A stretch of DNA of 55,904 bases, the filler included, from Sphacelaria rigidula (Eukaryota): NCBI GenBank assembly GCA_964200075.2. It is 4 parts of 4 records of this genome, joined end to end, with 100 filler letters (N's around TTAATTAATTAA, not from the genome) between each part and the next. Parts side by side here need not be neighbours in the genome. Positions count along the whole stretch, not along the records: positions 28,008 to 41,906 come from CAXNAA020002598.1; positions 42,007 to 55,904 come from CAXNAA020002599.1; 2 more parts are not named here. One strand, given 5' to 3'. The position numbers and the translations under genes were made by a program. Under the pieces are notes generated by a model. It was not told where the DNA came from, searched no databases, and was given only the letters and a program-made list of their open reading frames with translations. This document shows, one piece after another, positions 37,751-49,852 of the stretch. The stretch's first letter is position 1. Each line of letters starts with the position of its first letter.

Positions 37751-38528
37751 GTTTTTGTTCTTGTTGAGACATCCTCTTGCCCGTGTTTTAGACTTGCGTT
37801 TCAACAAACACTAGTAGCCCCAACTTTAGCCTTTGCCCCCAACCCAGGAGTTGAAACCTACGTCCAGTTCCTTCTTTTGCGAAACTCTGTTACCGAGTAT
37901 GAGAAGTATCAAATGCACCCGTAAGAAACAGGAAGGGTGGCCGGGGACGATCGGCCGTCTCCCAAGATAATCCAGGGTGTGCTGCGTATGGTTGGGTCGC
38001 TTGTTTTTTCGGTTGCTTCAGGAAACAAAGAAGGAAGCAAGCTGGAAACGTCTGTAGAGGAATATTTAGTCCATGCTGATATTAGCTCGTCGTTCATGTC
38101 CGGGGATGTTCAAAAATCTCCCCGCTTCAAGGGGCCGTGGATGACGTCATCCGTCGATCAAGGAATAGCGGCCGACCAGATTTACCGAATTTTTCGTTTG
38201 ATCAATCAGGAGGAAGCGGGCCACTTTACTTCATGTCTGTTGGCATCAAGGTAACGAGCGAACTGGGGGTGTGGATGTTTGTTTCTCCCATGTTGTGATC
38301 TTCACGTGTTTTTCTCGAGGATATATGCAGCGGGTGCTGTCTATTCAGAGGCGTGTTTGTGTGTTCCATCTCCTCGTAGGTCGTGAACTCGTTCACAGCA
38401 GCGTTAAACTATTGATTTCCTTCTCTCTCTTTTTTCTTCGCCTCGTATTGTTATTCCATGACTACAAGAAAAAAACATTAATTTGGTTACCCTCTCAGAG
38501 ACGACTTGTTATGCGTGATGCTTGTCAG

Positions 38529-38708
38529 GAACCTGCGCTGTGCAGAACGTACGACTATATGGGTGAACCTGCATGCAACACTCGAGCGCAGACGTTTCTG
38601 ACGTGCATCAACGCCGTCAGGGACCAGACCCCTGGAGGCTTCGCGGCTGTCAAATTGAGCGCCCTTGGGGACCCCGTGTTACTGAGCCAACTTTCCACCT
38701 GTGTTCAT
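38529..38708 (+). CDS. PRODH: Proline dehydrogenase exon 4 (CRTYDYMGEPAC...GFAAVKLSALGDP)
   Basis: RTY.Y..E..C and FAA.K..ALG.P motifs; CAG / GTGAGT; 180 nt, phase 0/0. Confidence 0.93.
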
Positions 38709-39447
38709 GTGAGTAGATGATCTGTTGTGGTTGTTGTCTCACTTGCTGGGTCAGATGAGGATCTGTGCGGAAGGGATCAGTGCCTTTTTCTTCATTGTTG
38801 GTGGTGGGGCTTCTTCGTTTTGCCCACATTTCAGAGCTTGTTGGCCATCGTTGTACACGGTGGTGTTATTGTTCAGTGCTGCCGCTGCCGGGGCGTTCGC
38901 AGGCCTCATGAATAGTTGCTTCGTGCTACCTTGAGCAGTACGAACGGGCTCCCGGATGCCGTGAGAATCACAAGCGTGCGTGCGACAGAGAGTGTTTGTG
39001 AAAACATGGGTCTCTCTGCCAAATGTACATTACTCGTCCGTGGCTATTTGTCACGAGCGAGATCTCACATTTTTTCCTGCAGCATATGTATGCCTTTTCT
39101 AGTTTCAGTTGCCGTTAGTACGTTGGGGTCCAGGGCGATCAGCTCCCCATTCTCTCTATACTCGTATGGGAAGTGTAGAGTTGACAACTGGATGTATGTT
39201 TTCCGCGAACACTCTCGAACCAATGATTCGTACATATTCTCTGTGCCCACCCTCAACAACCTCCTCCCCACCTTTTCACTTTTCAGCACTGATTTCCGTT
39301 TTTCATGTTACCATGGCTCGATTTTTTCCCGCCACGACGACTACATCAACATCAACACCGACACCGACACCGACACCAACACCAACAACCCGAACGATGA
39401 CACGTACTGAATTATGAACTGCCAACAATGCCACGATGCCGGTCAAG

Positions 39448-39734
39448 CTCGTCCGAGGCCTGTTCGAGGACTTCGACCACGACAAAGATGGGTTGGTGTC
39501 TCGTCAAGAGTTTGAGGCGGGCTACAACAGATGGTTTCGGCCTCTTGACTCCGACAGCTCCAACATCAAATCCGACCAAACCCAAGCCAACCCCGTCGAA
39601 TCCATGGAGCACCTCTTACACCTCGCCGGTGATGGTGGTAGTGATGGCAATGGCGACCACGACAGTGCAGGCGGAATCGACTATGTGGAGTGGAGCAACG
39701 GAATGCGTCTGGATAACCTTGCGGAGATCACAGC
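39448..39734 (+). CDS. PRODH: Proline dehydrogenase exon 5, EF-hand-containing insert
   Basis: In-frame continuation LVRGLFEDFDHDKDGLVSRQEFE...DHDSAGGIDYVEW; AAG acceptor (tentative), GTGAGC donor. No further exons recognised on this contig. Confidence 0.78.
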
Positions 39735-39943
39735 GTGAGCATGTCGGGGTTGAAGCACCTGAGGCGATGGTTGAAAATGTTACGCACGACAGTACGGAAC
39801 AAGTTTTACCCGTTTCGCATATTTTCATCCAAGATATGCTGTATTCTACGCCAACAAAAGTTTTGCCAGCGGTTGAAAACGTTGGTCTCCATGGTAGGAT
39901 ACAGGCTGGTTCACTCTTATCAACTTGAAAACGCTCATCCGCA

Positions 39944-40235
39944 AAACTTCACGCCGTTTGCAGGGGTTAGACCCTGAAATTCTGCACCATTTTGCTGTGG
40001 ACCATTACGCAAGTTTCGACGGTCGAGGTTTATTCTACCTATCTTTTACTTTTCCCACCGTTTTTAGGGGTCCCAGTGTTTGGGGGGAAACTTGGATCCC
40101 GTTGGACCCCCGAAAAACGGTGAAATATCACAAGATAAAAAATCTCGTCCATTGAAAGTTGCGTAATGATCCAATCATCCATAGCATATTTGTGCAGCCT
40201 TCCAGGGTCTAAGTCCTGAAAAGGGCGTGAAGTTT
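39944..40235. mobile_element. Foldback MITE
   Basis: AAACTTCACGCCGTTTGCAGGGGTTAGACCCTG pairs with CAGGGTCTAAGTCCTGAAAAGGGCGTGAAGTTT. Inner arms also pair (CATTACGCAA/TTGCGTAATG and CACCGTTTTTAGGGGTCC/GGACCCCCGAAAAACGGTG). Confidence 0.8.
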
Positions 40236-40321
40236 GGCGTGTTTGTGCGATGAGGTGAGCTTGAAAGGTGCAGACTCCTGACTACTTGGTTTTTTGATAG
40301 AAACATGTTTTTTGGGTGTAT

Positions 40322-40870
40322 TTCATTCAAGTAGAGAAAAACTGTATGAGGTTTTCGAGCTTCTCAACCAAGCTTTGTACGTACATTCCTTGGACTACCC
40401 CGGGACACATTATTTCATTTTTTTCCTCTTGAGGCATTCTGTACCACCTTCCGGGGGTCTTCACACTAGGACACCCGGAAGTCAGTAGAAGAGAACGCAT
40501 ACAATTTTAAAACATAGTCAAGAACTCAGTTTGTTCCATTTCAAGCATGGATACCTACGAAACTGCCAAGCTTGAGGGCGATCTGAGCGTTTCTACGACA
40601 GATCATAAGGGAAACCATCACGAGGCTCCCTGGGTCTTTCGTGCGCATCATGAGTGGAAATTAGACGACGCCAAACCCCGCATTACTGGAACACCACAGT
40701 TTCGGGTATAATTCGACCCCGTAGTTACCGTATTTAAAGATGTTGTTTCTGTTAGTTTCTCGAGGTGATGGCGGTTACTACGATTTGAAACATGTGAAGA
40801 TTGAGTGAAAATTGGGCTTGAAGTTCGTATTTTTGAATTCAGAATAATTTTAGGGGCGCTGATTGGCCGA
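40322..40870 (-). repeat. Dispersed ~520-bp repeat, copy 2
   Basis: Reverse-complement homolog of 9860-10380. Confidence 0.8.
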
Positions 40871-41906
40871 AGTACCTTTCGGCCCTTAGCGCCACCACCA
40901 TGACCTTGAACACAATTCGGCCGTTTCACTCTCTTCAGCTGTCTATGGCGGTCAGTATGATATCATGTATGTGACTGTTGGGTAGGTCTTGCGAAAAACA
41001 TTTGCTGTTGACACAATTTTGGATGATGAGCGTGAACCAGTCTGTACTGTACCTGCATACGGTTGGAAAGGTTGTTCTAAACTGACATAATGTCGGCATA
41101 CGCTTTGCAGTTCATCTGCATGGGTTTGGGAGAGCTTTGTTATATAATCTGCACTGGCTAGTATCTGAAAACGTTCCAATATTCTAACGTGCTGTGATAT
41201 TGTCATCCTCGGCCGCTGGAAATACAACAGGGGAACAGAGATGCCGCGTCTTCTTGACAAGAGTTCACGCGACCATTCAAAGCCAGCAATATATATATAT
41301 ATATATATATACAGTTTATGTGTGTATTCGCACCCAACGTAAGATGCGCACACAGTTAGAAAATATTAGATATGTGCCGAATCTCAATATGCGCACATCT
41401 GCTGCCCTTAATCTCTATGCTCTAATTTTATGCAGTGCAGTAGGTGTGTTCATAATTACAGTATGGAATTGATACAAACTCCACATTACAGTCTGAAACT
41501 TTAGTAATCGGGAGTTGCCACGTGAACTTCAGGTATGATGTGACCTTCTGTTTCACAGAAGATTTGGGGTCACCCAGTGTTTGTTTTTGGTCATTTCGGA
41601 ATATTTTTTTTATCGTATTCTTGTGTACATATTGGTACACAGGGGTCGGTCAGAATGGAATGCGACATCAGGAAAAGCGCAAAACGACAAGGCGGGACGC
41701 GAAATTGCTGTGTGACACAACATTTTGTCAGCAGAGTGCAATCTCCGCCGCGCCCAGTGGTCTGTCTGATGGTCTCATGGTGTAATGGGTCCAGCTGGCA
41801 TCATCAGTGTGTGTGTGTTGTCGCATTTATTCTGGGCGCCAGTCTACCCCTTTCGGGATATGTGGGCGCATCAGCGGTCACACAGGAGGAAGGTCAACAC
41901 GGGAGC

Positions 41907-42006
41907 NNNNNNNNNNNNNNNNNNNNNNNNNNNNNNNNNNNNNNNNNNNNTTAATTAATTAANNNNNNNNNNNNNNNNNNNNNNNNNNNNNNNNNNNNNN
42001 NNNNNN
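41907..42006. other. Artificial contig linker N44-TTAATTAATTAA-N44
   Basis: Same 100-bp linker. Confidence 0.97.
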
Positions 42007-42021
42007 ACCCCGTCACTAAAC

Positions 42022-42294
42022 GGCCCATTATACGGCCAATACTTAGAGTTGGACCCTGAAATTTGGTATGGACAATGTATAGGGCATAATAAAAGAAATT
42101 ACCAGTGCACGTAAGTTTTTTTTTCCCATGAGTTCAAGGCAATAATCAGTTTTCAGATATCGGTAAAATGCCCCTAACTCATGGGAAAAAAAAAAAGAAA
42201 GTTGTGTGCACTGGTAATTCTTTTTACTATGCCCTATTCATTGTCCATACCAAATTTAAGGGTCCAACTCTAAATATTGGCCGTATAATGGGCC
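42022..42294. mobile_element. Near-perfect foldback MITE with GGCCCATTAT termini (273 bp)
   Basis: GGCCCATTATACGGCCAATACTTAGAGTTGGACCCTGAAATTTGGTATGGACAATG pairs with CATTGTCCATACCAAATTTAAGGGTCCAACTCTAAATATTGGCCGTATAATGGGCC; the arms are ~115 bp. Confidence 0.92.
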
Positions 42295-42409
42295 TGCAAA
42301 CTACAGAATCGCTTCTCGGCTAGCCCAGCTCGTAATATCGCGCCGTGCGTCGCCTGAGCGAGAAAACCGCCCATTGTTGGCTGGCCCAGATCGTAACGAG
42401 AAACTCTAA

Positions 42410-42940
42410 CTCCGGATAGGGGTATGGGAGGCTTACGGGGCTGTCGGGTACCGGTACTGGATGGAAGTCATGTAGAAATCACAGAACTTGTCGGGTACAG
42501 TATGGGAGGCTTACAGAAAAACCGTACTGGCAATTAGGTATTTCCTCAAGAGCATACCCGCGCTCCAGGTACGGGTGCATACCCGCGCTCCGGGTACGGG
42601 TAAACACTCTGTACAGAACTCACAGAACGGTCGGGTAAGGGTATCGGAGGCTTCCAGGACTCACTGAAACTGTCGGGAAAGGTATGGAGGTTGCACGGGA
42701 AACCGTACCCGCAACAGGGTATCTTATCAAGATCATACCCGTGCCCCCCGGTAATGGTACGGGAGGCTTACAGAACCCACAGAACTATCGTGTAAGGGAA
42801 GGAAAGTCTCACAGAGATTACAAAACTGTCGGATACCAGTATGAAAGTCTTACAGAAGTCACGGAACTGTCGGGTATGGTGAATACCCGGGAAAATACCC
42901 CTGGTACACAGAAAAACGTACCCTACAGAACACGACCTTG
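42410..42940 (+). repeat. Element built of degenerate ~41-bp tandem units, copy 1
   Basis: Approximate consensus TTACAGAACTCACAGAACTGTCGGGTAAGGGTATGGGAGGC, repeated about 10 times with variation. Confidence 0.8.
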
Positions 42941-43399
42941 GAAGCTTTATTACTCCACCCCGCTGGAGGATCCGCCGTGAAACTTGGCGCACTAGTCAGA
43001 CACAGCGCAGGCAGCGTGTGCACCTATCGGCGGCACGCTCGGGCTGCGCACAAACGAGACCACAGCGATCAGCGATTCTGGGCAAAACTGCCCTCAAGAC
43101 GGCTTTCCCCTAGGCGAGACTTCGTGCACCGTGAGTGAATACATACGCGAACATGTTGGTGCACTAACTTCCAAATCATGAGCAGCTGGGCGGCTGCTGC
43201 GCTCACAAAAATCGATCTGTACAAGGACACCCTCTGGATAATGACAATCTGTACGGAAATCATCGGTGTATCGTCTGTAGAGGTGCTCAGTTCGGGAGGC
43301 ATGACCGTACCGCTCTGTAGGACTTGCAACGCGTGGAAACTTCGTCCGTATGTCGTGTGAATCACAGTCAACAACCCCATGTCGCTAAATCTGGAGTTG

Positions 43400-44620
43400 T
43401 GCGTTGCAGCAACGCGTACCGGGGTGAAAAGAGTTCAGATTCTGCTCCGAGTTGTATCTATTATTTTGTCGCAAGACTGGTATTGACACCGAAAGAGGCG
43501 CGGTCAATACAGTCAGTACACCTGAAAGTTTTGTTCATTTCTGTGCAGACTGCTGGCCATGCTCACCTCCATGGAGGGTTGGAAATTATATCACATAGGA
43601 AAAAACGCAACACATTGCTTAATGGCCATATTAAGCCTTTTGGCGCAGGAGCCCTCAAATCATCCTAAATGAACAGTGAAAAATGCGCCAAAAACGGCGA
43701 CTTCAACCCTACTGAAGAAGGCCATATTGTACGGGTGAACCGTTCGGGACTCCGGATTTCTGCCAAAGGGGGTGTTATCGGGGATAAAGAGTGAAATGGA
43801 AGTCGACTAAAACCAAGATAGATACAAGTGGACGCAATACTCTGTATCTTGATACGTGCAGGTTCCCTTATCGCCAGCGGGCGCGTCTCAGATCATCTGT
43901 GCGTGTTTCCAGGAATGTTGTAGTTCGGGGAACCGGCCTGAAAAGAGGTGCGGTGACCATTTTGATTATTCTGATTGGTGTAATGATTCACAAAGTTCCC
44001 CTACAAATCGCCCAATATCTCCCTCCTGGAATTGAAGCTGCGTTCCACTATTGTTTGATCTTAATCCGCAGAAACACGAAAATATTGTGTTTTCTGCTCC
44101 CTGCACGGCCTTTGCCACTTGCCTACCCCCTCTTGTGTTGTCAAGAGCTTTGCATTGTTGTTGTATAACAATGAGCAGAGGTAACCAGTGTTAACTGTAC
44201 TGTGTGCGACGGCACTGTACTGTAGTGTTTGTTGTATTTACTCGCCGCTGATGAATACTGGCCGTCTATACGGTACAGCAGGACCGTAACATTATGGGGT
44301 ACGGTTGAGATGACATGGCATGCAGGAAGTGCGCCAGGATTTCAGTGAAAACATTGCTAGGGCAAGGCGGAGAGTATGCTGCTCGACTACATCGCAGGAG
44401 TAAAGTGATAGCCAGCGTGCACCACTAATTTGCGCCTGTAGCGTTCACCACCTACTATGCATACGAAAACGTCCACCCATGTGGCTTGGCCGGAGAAAAC
44501 GGTCAGGGGTCCTGATGCCTTCATCTCCATACAAGCACTCAACATCCGCCTCTTCAGATAAATTGGCGTGTTGTGCAAGTGGCACAACAACAGACCCAAA
44601 GTCTCACTTGACCATGGGCA
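43400..44620 (-). pseudogene. Possible decayed Penelope-like reverse transcriptase
   Basis: Minus-strand remnants in Penelope-like order: HLHNTPIYLKRRMLS (~K.HK.P...R.I.S), NFVNHYTNQ (~D..SLYTNI), WQKSGVPNGSP (~Q..G..MGSP), FI*DDL ~28 codons later, then NTSLATK (~TS.YRK). Heavily mutated. Confidence 0.35.
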
Positions 44621-45170
44621 ATATTGGGCGATCCGGGGGGGCTGAAGGTCAAAGGCAATATGGATATAGGTACAGCTTGATAACAACTTCACTGAGTGCG
44701 TTATTAGTACCAAAAGGTTCAATAGTACAAGCCTCAACGTGTGAAGATGTTATCCATGCTGTCACTATTAAACCGTTATATTTCACCATCATCTGCCGCA
44801 ATGTCTGCCAGAGCTTTGCGGTTTAGTACACGTATTCTGCCGATGTACTCTTGAGGCAGGCCCGCGTGGCCACTAGACAGCGAACCTGATGTCAGCACCC
44901 GTAGGCCTGGTTTTTGTACAAACCTGGAGACGTTTAGGTATGGAGGAGAGAAGGCGGACTACATCTGGTATTCCATGTTTGTGCCTACATCCTCGTGTGT
45001 TGGATATGTGCACCTTGCCACCGAAGTTTCAGGGGAAACGTCCCCGATCAAGCCGCTCCTTGTAGAGGACGAAAAACAAACTGGAAAAGTGCCTTTTTGG
45101 AGCTTCCACGTCGTTTCACGCCCTGAAAGAGAGCTAGGCAGATTTTGCCACCTTGGAATTCTTTGCTGTA

Positions 45171-45426
45171 CGCCTTGAGACGGTTCCAGCATACCTGTTC
45201 GTTTCCCGGTGACTGCATTTTATTTTCTTGCCCAAACTTGCATTTTTTTCGGAGACCGGTCAAATCCAGAATAAGTTCCGAGATTTGTCTGGACTTGACC
45301 GGTTTCCGAGAGTGATGAGCGGTCTCCGAGAAAAATGCAACGTTGGCCAAAAAAACTGCGATCACCGGGAAAACGCACAGGTTTGCTAGAATCGTCTTAA
45401 CAATTGCAGCAAGGCATTTCAAGGTG
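45171..45426. mobile_element. Foldback MITE flanked by TA (Tc1/mariner-type)
   Basis: TA|CGCCTTGA ... TCAAGGTG|TA. The arm TTCCAGCATACCTGTTCGTTTCCCGGTGA..TTGCATTTTTTTCGGAGACCG pairs with ~45320-45391. Confidence 0.75.
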
Positions 45427-45696
45427 TAAAAATCCGCCTAGCTCTGCGTTAGAGTGTGAACGACGTACAAGCTCCAGAAAGGCACATTTCCTTTTTTTTT
45501 CCTTGTCTGCTATAATTAGGGGCCTGAGTGTTATCATGGATGCTCAGCCAAGTATAGCCAAGATGTCTCCACGTGATGTCACGGCTGCGCTAGGTCACCA
45601 GTTGGAAATGCGATGCTTTCATCCTTGGCTGATATCGAGTGTGACTTTTTTTTCCCCTCGTCGCCTTTCTAAAATGGACGCGTGAACTGTTTGCAG

Positions 45697-45783
45697 GGCG
45701 TTCGCAAAGACGATGACATACGTGAAGCGCTTCGGGGGTCTGGGGGGCAACGCGCAAGTGAGCGCCACAACAGAACTTCGAGA
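45697..45783 (+). CDS. RPB4: RNA polymerase II subunit RPB4, internal exon (AFAKTMTYVKRFGGLGGNAQVSATTELR)
   Basis: Matches the RPB4 F.KT..Y..RF motif; TTGCAG acceptor, GTGAGT donor, phase 2/2. Upstream exon(s) not found on this contig. Confidence 0.85.
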
Positions 45784-46269
45784 GTGAGTACCGTTCGAAG
45801 GTGCTCTTTATTCTCATTGGAGGACTTAACGCAGGAATTGAGTGTAAAAGGATCGAGCAACAGATTTCGAGTCGAAGCATGGCACAGTTTTAGAACTCAC
45901 TCGATCCCCTCTATCGCCCCGGCAATGGGGACAGGTGGTGGGTGCATCGTGCTTGGCTGTGTGAATTGCCCCATTTACTCGGCTGCCTACTCTTGTTGGA
46001 TTGAGGTGACGAAAAATGAAAGGAGCCCCGGGATTGTGATAAGTGCTCAACAGCTTTGTGGTAGTTTGAGTGTGCGTGCTGCACGGATATGCATCAAGTA
46101 TTGGCATCGATATATCACAAAATCATTCGTCATAGCAGGGTGATTTGGTGCTTGACCATAGGAATTTGGGAGATGGTTGGTATAAATATATCGTGATATA
46201 TTGATGTATCGATATCGAATATCATATCAATTATGCAGCCTGATGCACATCCCTAGTTTTGCTTCTGTT

Positions 46270-46270
<1 letters not shown>

Positions 46271-46323
<53 letters not shown>

Positions 46324-46330
46324 ATTGTTA
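46271..46330. repeat. (GTT)n microsatellite immediately upstream of an RPB4 splice acceptor
   Basis: About 18 GTT units. Confidence 0.95.
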
Positions 46331-46340
46331 TGTTTCGCAG

Positions 46341-46449
46341 AGCCCTTCAGCAATTTGAGACGTACCACGACGGAGAGGTGTTCAAGCTGCACCAATTTGA
46401 GGTTATGCAACTGGCTAACCTCATGCAGGCGGATAGCGAAGTGGAGGAG
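46341..46449 (+). CDS. RPB4: RPB4 internal exon (ALQQFETYHDGEVFKLHQFEVMQLANLMQADSEVEE)
   Basis: KLH.FE...LANL....EE motif of the RPB4 HRDC-like fold; CGCAG / GTACGT; phase 2/0. Confidence 0.9.
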
Positions 46450-47369
46450 GTACGTCATTCTAGCGTGAACGACCTTCATCTATTGAAACAGGCCGTGAAT
46501 AAACGGTGCCGTGGACGTTTTTACCCATTCATCATTTTCTGTGACCCGTGTCACGAGGTTACAAGTGTTTACCGCATCTCCTCTTCAGGGCCGTAGATTG
46601 GCAGTTGTCTGAGATCTTAGATATCCAGTCTCGTAAAAGAATGTGAAATTGTCTGTGATCCTTGGATCACAGATCTGACCGGTAGACGAATCTGATGGTG
46701 GCCCCCAACCCCCAGGCGATAACGCCGTGTTGTATTTTGCGGACACCGTAACCGAGGAAGGGTCTTCCCCTCTCTCTTATTCTTCTTCTTGGACCCCTGC
46801 TTTGTGGTTACGAGAGAGAGAGACGAACGGGGATTAGTCAAATGAGAACGAGTTTCCTGTTTGACCAACATGACATGTTCACCTACGCGTGAGATTGAAG
46901 GGGAATAAAGAATGTGTCCAACAGCTTGTGAGAAACGACCTGCACTGATGAAGCGGATTGTTCTGCTGTGGTACTCGGGTGCGTGCACAGCGTGTTGCGT
47001 AGACGCTAGTCAAGGTTGTAACACCCCACCCAAAGGGTCCGTCCTGCCCGCCTCTCACGTAGGTGCCTGTAGCATTACAACCCAAATACGCGATCTAGAG
47101 TTTAGGTCATGCTGCGTGGCCGTATACAACTGGAAATGCTGGGGGCAGAACATCCCGTTTGTTAGTTGTCTCTTGTCACGGGGACTTTACACTTTCGTTC
47201 ATTCAGAAAAGCAGTACGCGTGATATCCCATGTGCGCTTCTGAGGCACTACACAACTATTTTTCAAACTTCGATGGGCCCTATTCGCGGCTGCTGTGATA
47301 ATAGCATTGCTGGGTTCAATTTTTTCGACTTTTGCTAACCGTCGTCACTCGTCACGCGTCTCTTGGCAG

Positions 47370-47474
47370 GTACTGGCTCTGATTCCCAGCTTAGGCGCGA
47401 AACTTACGGAAGAAGACATCGAGAACGTTCTTGCGATCGTTCGGAAACACCAGCACTCGCGCTTGTATTCTTGA
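47370..47474 (+). CDS. RPB4: RPB4 terminal exon (VLALIPSLGAKLTEEDIENVLAIVRKHQHSRLYS*)
   Basis: ALIPSL motif and C-terminal helix; GGCAG acceptor; TGA at 47472-47474. Confidence 0.9.
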   Translation, partial: VLALIPSLGAKLTEEDIENVLAIVRKHQHSRLYS

Positions 47475-49820
47475 GGCGACAGCGTGCAGTTGTCCGTGCT
47501 TGCCGCAGGTGTCGACCGGAGTCGTAGCGAGGGTACTGTGGTCAGTGACACGCCTATGTATGGGTGGCGTTCGGCGAGTAATTGTTGTTCCGAGGCTATG
47601 GAAACCCTTCAACCGAGCCGAGCTGAAACCCCGATGGCGTCCGGGTTTTTGGTGTGGGTCGAGTATGTTTCTGCGCAGTAACCCGCGTAGTAATGGAGAT
47701 TTCTTCCCATGGATATTTTTGATGTAGATATTCCTTGCCACACTTGTTTGTACCTGTTCGAGGGCATTTCCTCTCGCTTTGAGACCGCCAACCTGACGCA
47801 GAGGTCCACCACATGGTGTTGGTTGATTCGGGGGGGTGTTTGGTTTTCTCACCATCATTCGATCGGCTACGAAGTTAACCGCGGTTAAGACGGGATAGAG
47901 TGTACTCAAAGTGGCGAGAAGAAAGGGCAACACTCGCCGACACAGCATTCATCGAGCAGGTTTGTAAGCAGAGATTGGAAGCTGTAACCATCGTGTTCGT
48001 GTCGGTATACGAGGAAGAGGTCAGCGAACCACTTCCCCGTGTCGATTGCCCGCGGGAACTTCAGGAACAGAAATGACGGACAATCGCGATGAGACATGAT
48101 CGACTGCGGACTGGCCTGCCCAAGGGTGTTCCAACATGAGAGGCCTACGCTTCTCCCAGTACCTGGGTGCTCGGCAGTTGCTGAATAACATCGCGTAACT
48201 TCTTGCTCAGGGAGAGGAAATAGACGAACGCTCGATGTCGACACACCCTACCCCGTCGTTGTTTCAATCAGACCGAAGAACCTGGGCGCCGCTCTTGGAT
48301 AAACCAACCGTGGACGGGGTCGAAACCGCAAGTAGTGCACTTTCCAAATCCAGCGTCACGTCCCCTGTTCGTGCTGGAGTTAGCGCGGGCTTTGATTCGC
48401 CAATCGAAACTTGGGTGCCATTGCGAGGCGAATGAGCTTCGAATCCAACGTTGCACCGTCGGTGCTGGTGGAAGCCGGTTTGAACTTGCTAAATCAAAGC
48501 TGCACTCGCGTCGCGATGTCGGGCGATGGGTGAGCGACTTTCAAGCCTTCAATACACGAATGAAAACCCAGCATACTCGAAAGAACAAAGCAGTAGCCAT
48601 TAACCCCTAAAAATGGCTGAACTCAGATGAATTAGTCGGCACCCGTCGGTCGATTTCCATATTTGACGCATACTCCCAAGAGTTCGATGGCGTAGATACG
48701 ACTTCCGGGGCGAGAAATTTAGTTCCTTGCGAAGTATCTCGGATTGGAGATATCGGATATACACGCTGTCATAATCCAATGGACTGAGCATCGATATCAA
48801 AACATATATCTCGGTTTCTGTTTTTCTTCACAAAGCTTCAAGTCGAGGCATGTTTGTTATTTTCATTTCTCCAGTTGAACACCAACAACAGCCGGCTATA
48901 AAAGAGTAGGATCGAATCTTAATCTTACGCCAACTTTGGAATATCTCTCCTGTACATTTTGTGGTGATGGGCATTGATTGACCCTTCTTGGAAATTCAAA
49001 ATATTTTTCGAATTGGGGTTTCGACTCACCAGATAACACTTGATATTGGTACCATTGAGATATGCTAACCGCGTTCCAAAACGCACGCATGCTTCAATAA
49101 ACAGCCTTTTCGCCAGATTGAGCTCTAGAATTCCATTGAGGGTGAACTTGTCAGCCCATTTTTACTTGAAAAAGAAGTGAAAATGAGGCCGACTCCACAA
49201 ACGGACATTTAGTGCCGAAGGAATCCATTTATATAATCGGCTTCAATTTCACTTGAAAAATTACAGCGTGACCAGCGTTGCGAACCCTGGCCGCTGAAGG
49301 GTCAACATTCCGAACAGTTAGTCGCTGGATACATATTCACAGAGCAAACAAACAGCAACATGAGATTCTTTGGGATCGTAACGGAACAGAGGATATTGAG
49401 AAATGGGAACGAACGAAACAGCAGAGTGCACGGAAATGTGCGAGTTTGTACCCCTCCAAGTCACCGAGGAGACCAGAGGCTCTCAAAACTTCGGGGAGCC
49501 GAACCCAGAGGTGGTGCTACCATTTCGATAATGAATTGCGGGTCGTTTTCTATGGAAAGCAACGCTTCATGTTTGGATGTGGAATTTGTTTCCCCCTTGG
49601 CCCAAAAGGTCAAAATATACTACTGTTGAAATTCCAAAAACGCAACAACTCCTTGGGGACCATATTGATATGTTTCATGCGCATCTTTTTCCGTGGTCGT
49701 TGAGGAATTGTTCAGTCTGATGAAAAAATGAGAATGATTTCCGATATAACTTGTCGGCAAGTAGCTGGAGACGTGTACCCGTTCTACATCAACGTAGGGT
49801 ACATACACTATTTGAGCGCC

Positions 49821-49852
<32 letters not shown>

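Noticed and set aside
42410..42940. CRISPR-like periodic array (also 53477-54050)
   Set aside because: Units are wholly degenerate tandem copies with no invariant repeat plus unique spacer structure; there are no cas genes and the context is eukaryotic.
30118..47474. PRODH-RPB4 linkage as a gene cluster
   Set aside because: The genes lie on different contigs separated by an artificial linker.
47475..48500. Overlapping ORFs downstream of RPB4
   Set aside because: No credible motif or splice structure; probably 3' UTR or old TE debris.
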